The position numbers were made by a program, and so were the translations under genes. The notes under the pieces are model-generated. The model was not told where the DNA came from, did no database searches, and worked only from the letters and a program-made list of their open reading frames with translations. Of a stretch of 64,000 nt of DNA, positions 19,353-27,234 are shown piece by piece. Each line of letters begins with the position of its first letter. Position 1 is the stretch's first letter. This DNA comes from Oscillospiraceae bacterium. GTDB taxonomy: Bacteria > Bacillota > Clostridia > Oscillospirales > CAG-272. The stretch spans positions 12,188-76,187 of the forward strand of contig SVTK01000015.1 of assembly GCA_015063805.1 (NCBI GenBank). Direction: 5' to 3'.

Positions 19353-20861
19353 ATGCTCATTAAAGTTCTGCTTCTTGTTCTCTTCTTTGCCGTGACCGTT
19401 ACGGTCGGCGTTGTGTGCTCCCGAAAAAATGTCAGCGTGGGGGACTTTGTCATGGGCGGTCGCAATGTCGGCCCGTGGCTGACTGCTTTCTCCTACGGCA
19501 CCGCATACTTCTCTGCCGTGGTTTTTGTAGGCTACGCTGGCCAGTTCGGCTGGAATTTCGGGATAAGTGCCGCCTGGATCGGCATCGGAAACGCGCTGAT
19601 CGGCTCGCTTCTTGCCTGGGTGATACTCGGCCGCCGCACCCGCATTATGACCAAGCATCTCGGTTCGGCCACCATGCCCGAATTCTTCGGCCGCCGCTAT
19701 GACAGCCGCCTGCTGAAGGTCGTGTCCTCGGTGATTGTTTTCGTATTTCTGGTGCCCTATTCCGCTTCTGTGTACAAGGGTCTCTCCGGCCTCTTCGCCC
19801 TCTCTTTCAATATCCCTTTCGCCGCCGTCATCATTGTGATGGCACTGATCACGGGAATTTACGTCATTGCCGGGGGCTACATGGCGACCGCCATCAATGA
19901 CCTCATCCAGGGCTTCATCATGATCGTCGGCATGATCCTCATCCTCCGGGGCGTGCTTACCGGTCAGGGCGGCTTTACCGCCGCCATCGAGGCGCTGTCT
20001 CAGGTTCCCTCTCCCGATACCCCGGCGCTGCAGGGCGCTTTCTCTTCCATGTTCGGTCCGGCGCCGCTGAAGCTTCTCTCGGTGCTGATCCTCACCTCGG
20101 TGGGCACATGGGGCCTTCCCCAGATGGTTGCGAAATTCTACGCCATCAAGAATGAGGCATCCATCAAAACCGGCACGGTGATTTCCACGATATTTGCGCT
20201 GATCATCGCCGGCGGCTCCTACTTCATGGGCGGCTTCGGCCGACTCTACTACACGGGAGATCCCGTGGTCTTCGATGAGATCGTTCCTGCCATGCTGAGC
20301 CGTGCTCTTCCCGACGCGCTGATGGGGGTAGTGCTTCTTTTGGTGCTGTCGGCCTCCATGTCAACCCTCTCTTCCCTGGTACTCACCTCGGCATCTACCT
20401 TTGTCATTGACTTTGTCGGCGGTATGTTCCCCGGCAAGCTCTCCGAGAAACGTCAGAAACTGGCCATTCGCGCACTCTGCGCCTGCTTCATTGTGATCTC
20501 GGTGCTCATTGCCATCCGTCCCAACAGCCTTATCACCTCTCTCATGTCCATCTCCTGGGGAGCCCTGGCGGGCGCCTTCCTCGGCCCCTTCCTCTTCGGC
20601 CTCTTCTGGAAGAAGACCACCCGCGCCGGTGTATGGGCCGCCATGCTTTTCGGCATCGGCTTTGTATCGGCCAACGCGGTGTTCAGCTGGGTGGATCCCA
20701 CCGTCTGCGGTGCCATTTCGATCCTCTCCTCTTTCGTGATCGTTCCCCTGGTGAGCCTGATCACCCCGAAAATGAATGCCGAGTATGTGGATGCTGCCTT
20801 CACCTGCTACGATGCCCCCTCTGTGGTATCGCAGAAACATTCCCTGAGCGGAAAAGAATAA
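19353..20861 (+). CDS. sodium:solute symporter (SSS/PutP family)
   Basis: DFVMGGRNVGPW, TMPEFFGRRY, WGLPQM, LSASMSTLSS; ~13 hydrophobic segments. Confidence 0.92.
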   Translation: MLIKVLLLVLFFAVTVTVGVVCSRKNVSVGDFVMGGRNVGPWLTAFSYGTAYFSAVVFVGYAGQFGWNFGISAAWIGIGNALIGSLLAWVILGRRTRIMTKHLGSATMPEFFGRRYDSRLLKVVSSVIVFVFLVPYSASVYKGLSGLFALSFNIPFAAVIIVMALITGIYVIAGGYMATAINDLIQGFIMIVGMILILRGVLTGQGGFTAAIEALSQVPSPDTPALQGAFSSMFGPAPLKLLSVLILTSVGTWGLPQMVAKFYAIKNEASIKTGTVISTIFALIIAGGSYFMGGFGRLYYTGDPVVFDEIVPAMLSRALPDALMGVVLLLVLSASMSTLSSLVLTSASTFVIDFVGGMFPGKLSEKRQKLAIRALCACFIVISVLIAIRPNSLITSLMSISWGALAGAFLGPFLFGLFWKKTTRAGVWAAMLFGIGFVSANAVFSWVDPTVCGAISILSSFVIVPLVSLITPKMNAEYVDAAFTCYDAPSVVSQKHSLSGKE

Positions 20862-20947
20862 TATTGTTCTGATTGTCTGGCGGATCTGCGGATCCGCCAG
20901 ACTTTTGTTCGGGAGAAATTTTGTTGGGAAAACTTTTTCAAACCCTC

Positions 20948-20976
20948 TTGAAAAAGTACGGAAGATATGGTATAAT
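20948..20976 (+). promoter_or_regulatory. sigmaA promoter of tRNA-Leu
   Basis: TTGAAA-17-TATAAT with extended TG. Confidence 0.75.
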
Positions 20977-20990
20977 AGTTCACGTTGTTC

Positions 20991-21077
20991 GCCGGTGTGA
21001 TGGAATTGGCAGACGTGCTGGACTCAAAATCCAGTCCTGGCAACAGGGTGCGGGTTCGACCCCCGCCACCGGCACCA
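20991..21077 (+). tRNA. tRNA-Leu(CAA)
   Basis: GCCGGTG/CACCGGC acceptor stem, anticodon arm CTGGA-CT-CAA-AA-TCCAG, long variable arm, GGTTCGAC T loop, encoded CCA. Confidence 0.96.
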
Positions 21078-21277
21078 GCCAACAGTGTTGGCAGACTAAT
21101 CCGAGCTTCTTCCCCTTCGGGATGAGGCTCGATTTTTTTCCTCTTCGCCCAATCCTCCGTTTTTCCGGATTTGATTGGTGAGATTTCCATGAAATACTTG
21201 ACAAACCCATGTTTTTTTTATATAATAGATGTAATCGCATATTGCGGCATTCGCCGCGAAGGAGGGATTATTACACA

Positions 21278-22984
21278 TTGAAAATGATCAACAACCTCAA
21301 GGGTGCCAAACCGCCAAAGATTATTACCGATCTGCGGCATCTCGTACTGTCCAGTGCGGAAAAGTTTGGTGATCAGTACCTTTACAAGTACAAAGTTGGC
21401 GACAGCTTCGTTGAATACTCCTATAAACAGCTTTGGGAAGAAATGAATGCCTTTGGTACCGCTCTGGCACAGCACGGTCTCATGGGCCGTCCTGTTGCGG
21501 TCATGGGCGACACCCATCCCCATTACATCTGTACCTATTTTGCCACTGTCAACGGCGGCGGCTACATCGTGCCCATTGACAAGGACCTTGCCATCGAACA
21601 GATCGTTGGGTTTCTTGAACTGGCAGAAGTAGAGGCTGTGGTTTATACTTCCGCGCTGAACGGAAAAATCGCTGCCTGTGCCGATCAGCTCCCCCGCGTT
21701 CAGGCTTTCATCCCGATTCATCCCGAAACCGAAACCGTCATCACCGATAAGACCATTCCCTTCTCCGCTCTGCTGGAGGAAGGAAAGCAGGCTTTGGCCA
21801 ACGGTGTCACCACTTACCTCGACTACGAGATTGAGATGGAAAAGATGGCTGCTCTGCTCTTCACTTCGGGCACCACGGGCACCAGCAAGGGCGTCATGCT
21901 CTCTCACAAGAACCTGACTGCCGCCACCAATGCTTCCTGCCTGTCCATGTCTTATGACGACAACAACTACTTTGTTTCGGTTCTTCCCCCGCACCATTCC
22001 TACGAAATGACCTGCGGACACCTGGCCATGATCAACATTGGCGGCCATGTGCTCATCAATGACTCCCTCAAGCACGTCATGCGCAACTTCAAGGAAGGTG
22101 CCCCCAATGCCTTGGCGCTGGTTCCCCTGTATGTGGAAACCATGCACAGAAAGATCTGGGACACCGTGCGCAAGAACGGCATGGAGAAGCGACTCCGCAC
22201 CGGTATGAAGATCAGCAGCGCTCTTCTGGCGCTTGGCATCGACCGCCGCCGTCAAATCTTCAGCCAGGTTCTTGAGGCCTTCGGCGGCGAGCTGAAGAGT
22301 ATCGTCTGCGGCGGCGCTCCCCTCTCCCCCCAGCTGATCAAGGACTTCTACGCCTTCGGCGTGACCGTTCTGGAGGGCTACGGCATCACCGAATGTGCTC
22401 CTCTGGTAGCGGTTAACTCCCCCGGCAAGATTCGTTTCCATTCGGTAGGTACTCCCGTCCGCGGCTGTCAGGTCAAGATCGACAAGACAGAGGAAGAGGA
22501 GACCGGTGAGATTCTGGTCAAGGGCGACAACGTGATGATGGGCTACTACCGCAATCCCGAAGCCACCGCCGAGGCCTTCACCGAGGATGGCTGGTTCCGC
22601 ACCGGCGACATCGGTTACATGGACAAGGACGGCTACATCTACATCACCGGCCGCAAGAAAAATGTCATTATTCTTTCCAACGGCAAGAATGTCTTCCCCG
22701 AAGAGCTGGAAGAATATCTGATGCCCCTGGATTCCATTGAAGAGGTTGTGGTGCTTGCCCGTGAGAACGAGAACAAGGACCTGACGATCACCGCACTCAT
22801 CGTGCCCAACGCCGAGTACTTCGGTGAAAAGAGCAAGGAAGAGATCTACGCGCAGATCAAGGCTGAAGTAAACGAGATCAACAAAAAGCTCCCCTCCTTC
22901 AAGCAAATCCGCGAGATCGAGCTTCGTGAGGAAAAATTTGAACGCAACACCTCCCGCAAGATCCAGCGCTTCAAAGTAAAATAA
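21278..22984 (+). CDS. long-chain fatty acid--CoA/ACP ligase (AMP-binding enzyme)
   Basis: FTSGTTGTSKGVML, EGYGITEC, GWFRTGDIG, ITGRKKNVIILSNGKNVFPEELE; TTG start after GGAGG. Confidence 0.92.
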   Translation: MKMINNLKGAKPPKIITDLRHLVLSSAEKFGDQYLYKYKVGDSFVEYSYKQLWEEMNAFGTALAQHGLMGRPVAVMGDTHPHYICTYFATVNGGGYIVPIDKDLAIEQIVGFLELAEVEAVVYTSALNGKIAACADQLPRVQAFIPIHPETETVITDKTIPFSALLEEGKQALANGVTTYLDYEIEMEKMAALLFTSGTTGTSKGVMLSHKNLTAATNASCLSMSYDDNNYFVSVLPPHHSYEMTCGHLAMINIGGHVLINDSLKHVMRNFKEGAPNALALVPLYVETMHRKIWDTVRKNGMEKRLRTGMKISSALLALGIDRRRQIFSQVLEAFGGELKSIVCGGAPLSPQLIKDFYAFGVTVLEGYGITECAPLVAVNSPGKIRFHSVGTPVRGCQVKIDKTEEEETGEILVKGDNVMMGYYRNPEATAEAFTEDGWFRTGDIGYMDKDGYIYITGRKKNVIILSNGKNVFPEELEEYLMPLDSIEEVVVLARENENKDLTITALIVPNAEYFGEKSKEEIYAQIKAEVNEINKKLPSFKQIREIELREEKFERNTSRKIQRFKVK

Positions 22985-23070
22985 TTCTGCCCCCGGGCAG
23001 CCCCCATGACGGATGATGCCGGGGCGCATCCGCTCATGTAATCCACGCCACCGGAGAAAGAGGACTTATC

Positions 23071-23295
23071 ATGTTTGAACAGATCAAAACTTTGCTGATG
23101 GACGAAATGCAGATCGATGCAGAAGATATCACCATGGAGGCCGAGCTGACCAAGGATCTCGGCATCAACTCCATCGAACTGGCCGACCTGGTCATGCTCT
23201 GCGAGGAGCGCTTCAACATTGAGATCAACGATGAAGACATTCATAAGCTGATCTCGGTGGGCGACGTGGTCAAATACCTCGAAGCTAAAGCGTAA
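23071..23295 (+). CDS. acyl carrier protein
   Basis: acidic 74 aa, DLGINSIE phosphopantetheine-Ser motif, SVGDVVKYL. Confidence 0.9.
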   Translation: MFEQIKTLLMDEMQIDAEDITMEAELTKDLGINSIELADLVMLCEERFNIEINDEDIHKLISVGDVVKYLEAKA

Positions 23296-23431
23296 GCCGC
23301 AACTGCTGTCCAAAATGTGTGCCGCACGGTCTGTGCGGCACACATTTTTTCTCACGGAAAAAGTTCTCATTTCCGGGAACAAAACCGTTTTTTTCCCGTC
23401 TTTAATTACAAGTCCGCATGAAAGGAAGGTA

Positions 23432-24655
23432 ATGATGATGAAACGAATTCTCGCACTGCTCCTGCTTTCGGCTGTTTTCTGCAGCTGTATGACGATCAGC
23501 GCCTCCACCGACCTGATGGAGGGCATTCTGCCCGAGCAGGTCGAAAAGGCAGCGTCGGAGTCCTCGGATGCCGCGTCCATGGCAGACCTTGCCCTGACTC
23601 TGCTGGGCGAACGGGAGCTTGACCGGGAAAATACCCTGATCTCTCCCTTATCCCTCTTTGCCGCCCTGGGAATGACCGCCAACGGCGCCGCAGGTGAGAC
23701 GCTGGCGCAGATGGAAGCAGTTCTAGGAATGCCGGCAGACCGGCTCAATGCCGTGATGGCCGCTCTTCCCCGTGACGGAGGGAAGACCCTGCACATGGCA
23801 AACGGCATCTGGTTCCGCAACATTGATCTTACCGTTTCCCCGAACTTCCTGCAAACCAATGCCAATTTCTACGGTGCCGCGGCACGCCAGGCCATCATGG
23901 ACGACTCTACCCGCCGGGAGATCAACGCCTTCATCGAAAAGCAAACCGATGGTATGATCCGGGATATGCTGGAGGAGGGCACCATTGACCACAACACCGT
24001 CATGTGCCTGATCAATGCTCTCACCTTTGAGGCGGAGTGGGCCAAGATGTACGAGAAACATCAGGTCTCCGCCGACAAGTTCACCTTGACCGACGGCACT
24101 TCGGTCAAGGCGGAGTATATGTACAGCGATGAGAACGTCTACCTTGAGGACGAAAACGCTGTGGGTTTTGTCAAATACTACCGGGACCGGGACTATGCCT
24201 TTGTCGCCATCCTCCCCCGTGAGGGGCTTTCCCTCTCGGATTATCTCGCCTCCCTTGACGGAGAGTCGCTGATCGCCATGCTGGAAAATCCCCAGTCCGC
24301 CGCGGTACAGGCCGCCCTGCCCAAGTTCAGCTACGACGATACCATGGATATGTCCGATGCGTTGAAAAACGCCGGAATGAAGGATGCCTTTGACGATTCC
24401 CGCGCCGACTTCTCCCGCATGGGGCAGAGTCACCGGGGACGGATCTTCGTGCGCTTCGTTCTGCAGAAAACCTTTATCTCCGTTGCCGAGCGGGGCACCC
24501 GTGCCGGAGCCGCCACGGTGGTATCCATGGCCGACAAGAGTGCATCTATCCACCAGCCCAAGCAGGTCTACCTCACCCGCCCCTTCCTGTATCTGATCAT
24601 CGATACCCAAACAAACCTCCCCGTTTTCATGGGTACCGTTGCAAATCCCGCCTGA
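23432..24655 (+). CDS. serpin family protease inhibitor, lipoprotein
   Basis: lipobox FCSC; NTLISPLS, LINALTFEAEW, LPKF, hinge ERGTRAGAAT, RPFLYLI..PVFMG. Confidence 0.93.
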   Translation: MMMKRILALLLLSAVFCSCMTISASTDLMEGILPEQVEKAASESSDAASMADLALTLLGERELDRENTLISPLSLFAALGMTANGAAGETLAQMEAVLGMPADRLNAVMAALPRDGGKTLHMANGIWFRNIDLTVSPNFLQTNANFYGAAARQAIMDDSTRREINAFIEKQTDGMIRDMLEEGTIDHNTVMCLINALTFEAEWAKMYEKHQVSADKFTLTDGTSVKAEYMYSDENVYLEDENAVGFVKYYRDRDYAFVAILPREGLSLSDYLASLDGESLIAMLENPQSAAVQAALPKFSYDDTMDMSDALKNAGMKDAFDDSRADFSRMGQSHRGRIFVRFVLQKTFISVAERGTRAGAATVVSMADKSASIHQPKQVYLTRPFLYLIIDTQTNLPVFMGTVANPA

Positions 24656-24751
24656 CCGAGTTTGCAATTTGTTCACACACTCGGGACGGAAATATGTTAA
24701 AATAAACACAAAGCCGGGCTGATCCGGCGAAAGAAAGGATGGACAATACCC

Positions 24752-25900
24752 ATGGCAAACCGTTTTGTGCTCAATGAAACCTCTTACCACGGCGCAGGTG
24801 CGATCAATGCAATTCCTGCCGAGATCCAGGGACGCGGCTTCAAAAAAGCCCTCGTCGCCTCCGACCCCGATCTGATCAAGTTCGGCGTGACCAAGAAGGT
24901 CACCGATGTCCTTGACGGGGCCGGCATTGCCTACACCCTCTTCTCCGAGATCAAGCCCAATCCCACCATCGAGAACGTACAGGCCGGTGTCGCCGCATAC
25001 AAGGCTGCCGGAGCTGACTGCATCGTTGCCATCGGCGGCGGCTCCTCCATGGACACCGCAAAGGCTGTGGGCATCATCATCAACAACCCCGAGTTCGCCG
25101 ATGTGCGTTCCCTGGAGGGCGTTGCTCCCACCAAGAACAAGTGCGTTCCCATTATCGCTGTTCCCACAACCGCCGGTACTGCCGCTGAAGTCACCATCAA
25201 CTACGTCATCACCGACGTGGAAAAGAACCGCAAGATGGTGTGCGTCGACGTGCATGACATTCCCGTGGTTGCAGTGGTTGACCCCGATATGATGTCCACC
25301 ATGCCCCGCGGCCTCACCGCCGCCACCGGTATGGATGCCCTGACCCACGCCATCGAGGGTTACATCACCCTGGGGGCATGGGAGCTGTCGGATATGTTCC
25401 ACCTGAAGGCCATCGAGATCATTGCCCGCTCCCTGCGGGGTGCGGTGGACAACACCGCTGAGGGCCGCGCCGATATGGCGCTGGGCCAGTATGTGGCCGG
25501 CATGGGCTTCTCCAACGTGGGCCTTGGCATCGTGCACTCCATGGCACATCCTCTGGGTGCCCTGTATGACACTCCCCACGGTGTGGCCAACGCCATCATC
25601 CTGCCCACCGTTATGGCTTACAATGCACCCGCTACCGGTGAAAAGTATCGCGAAATCGCCCGCGCAATGGGTGTTGTCGGCGTAGACAGCATGAGTGTTG
25701 AGGAATATCGCGCCGCCGCCATCGAGGCAGTGAAGCAGCTCTCCGCCGATGTGGGCATTCCCGCCGACCTCAAGGATATTGTCAAGGCAGAGGATATCCC
25801 CTTCCTGGCACAGTCGGCTTACGACGATGCCTGCCGTCCCGGCAATCCCCGCGAGACCAGCGTGGAGGAGATCACCGCCCTCTATCAGTCTCTGATGTAA
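24752..25900 (+). CDS. fucO: lactaldehyde reductase (Fe-ADH)
   Basis: MANRFVLNETSYHGAGAI start typical of FucO; GGGSSMD, PTTAGTAAEVT, DALTHAIE, HSMAH..PHG. Confidence 0.92.
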   Translation: MANRFVLNETSYHGAGAINAIPAEIQGRGFKKALVASDPDLIKFGVTKKVTDVLDGAGIAYTLFSEIKPNPTIENVQAGVAAYKAAGADCIVAIGGGSSMDTAKAVGIIINNPEFADVRSLEGVAPTKNKCVPIIAVPTTAGTAAEVTINYVITDVEKNRKMVCVDVHDIPVVAVVDPDMMSTMPRGLTAATGMDALTHAIEGYITLGAWELSDMFHLKAIEIIARSLRGAVDNTAEGRADMALGQYVAGMGFSNVGLGIVHSMAHPLGALYDTPHGVANAIILPTVMAYNAPATGEKYREIARAMGVVGVDSMSVEEYRAAAIEAVKQLSADVGIPADLKDIVKAEDIPFLAQSAYDDACRPGNPRETSVEEITALYQSLM

Positions 25901-25910
25901 TTTCGACACA

Positions 25911-25948
25911 CAAAAAAAGTGCCGCGCAGCTGCGCGGCACTTTTTTTG
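25911..25948. terminator. bidirectional terminator
   Basis: A7-GTGCCGCGCAGCTGCGCGGCAC-T7 between convergent genes. Confidence 0.85.
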
Positions 25949-25959
25949 TTTTTGGAAGA

Positions 25960-27234
25960 TTACTTGGTTTCCGCAGTATCTTTCACTTCAGCCAGGTTCT
26001 CCTTGGCATTGGCCAGCATCAGCTTGATGCGGTTTTCCTGGTTGATGCGGGTGGCACCGGGGTCATAGTCGATGGCCACAATGTTCACCCCGGGATTGCG
26101 GGATTTGATGGGCTTCATCATCCCCTTCCCCACGATATGGTTGGGCAGGCAGCCGAAGGGCTGAGTGCAGACGATATTCCGCACATCCCCCTCGATGAGC
26201 TCCAGCATCTCGGCGGTAAGCAGCCAGCCCTCTCCCATTTTCACCCCGACATTGAGGTAGTCCCGGGTGAGGGTGCAGGTATGCCGGAAGGATCCGGGGG
26301 GCGTGAAGCGGCTCTCTTCCCGCACAATGCGGATGAGATCCTCCTGCTTCCCGGTGAGGATACGGTAGGCCAGGCGATAGATGGGTGCGATGAGCTTGCT
26401 GCGTCCGTAGAGTTCCCGATCCACCAGGGTGTTGTATACACAGTAAAGAGCAAAATCAGTCAGGCCCGGCACCACAACCTCCGCCCCTTCGGACAGGAGG
26501 AAGTCCTCCAGATTATTGTTGCCGAGGGGAGAATACTTCACAAAAATCTCGCCCACGATACCCACTTTGACCCGCTGCTCTTCCCTGCACTCGATAGCGG
26601 AAAAGTCCCGCAGGATGGCGCGGTAGTTCTCTTTGACCCGGCGGTAGTTGATCCGCCGCTCGCTTTGCTCCTTCACCAGACGGTCTGTCCAGGCAAGGGC
26701 CAGGGCCTCGCTCTCGCCAGCCTTGATCTCGTAGGGCTGGCACTGGTTTTTGAGCAGCATCAGCAGGTCACCGTAAAGGACACCGTAGGCCATGCGGTGA
26801 AGCATGGGCAGGGTCAGCTTGAAACCCGAGTCCTTCTCCAGCCCCGCAATATTGAAAGAGAGGACGGGCACGTAGTCGAAGCCCGCCTTGATGAGGGCCT
26901 TGCGAAGCAGAGAGATGTAATTGGAAGCGCGGCATCCGCCTCCCGTTTGCGAAATCATCAGCGCGACTTTATGCGGGTCGTACTTTCCCGACTGCAGGGC
27001 ATCGATAAACTGTCCGATGACCAAGATCGCGGGATAGCAGGTGTCGTTGTGCACATACTTCACGCCGGTTTCGGCGATGTGGGGGCCTGAGGTTTCCAGC
27101 AGCTCGGCACGGTAGCCATACAATCCCATGATTTTGATGATGAATCGGAAGTGCATGGGCAGCATGGTGGGCACGAGGATGGTATAGGTTTTGCGCATTT
27201 CCTCGGTAAAGCGCGGGTAGGTTGTCTCAGCCAT
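25960..27234 (-). CDS. 2-hydroxyacyl-CoA dehydratase-like subunit (partner of CoA activase)
   Basis: VHNDTCYPA, QTGGGCRASNY, GEGWLL, QPFGCLPNH, DYDPGA..NQENR. Confidence 0.85.
   Translation of the reverse strand: MAETTYPRFTEEMRKTYTILVPTMLPMHFRFIIKIMGLYGYRAELLETSGPHIAETGVKYVHNDTCYPAILVIGQFIDALQSGKYDPHKVALMISQTGGGCRASNYISLLRKALIKAGFDYVPVLSFNIAGLEKDSGFKLTLPMLHRMAYGVLYGDLLMLLKNQCQPYEIKAGESEALALAWTDRLVKEQSERRINYRRVKENYRAILRDFSAIECREEQRVKVGIVGEIFVKYSPLGNNNLEDFLLSEGAEVVVPGLTDFALYCVYNTLVDRELYGRSKLIAPIYRLAYRILTGKQEDLIRIVREESRFTPPGSFRHTCTLTRDYLNVGVKMGEGWLLTAEMLELIEGDVRNIVCTQPFGCLPNHIVGKGMMKPIKSRNPGVNIVAIDYDPGATRINQENRIKLMLANAKENLAEVKDTAETK

Noticed and set aside
20991-21200. tRNA-Leu as an integration site
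   Set aside because: no duplicated 3' end seen in the window and downstream genes are host-like
24752-25900. fucose/rhamnose utilisation locus
   Set aside because: fucO stands alone; no isomerase, kinase or aldolase nearby
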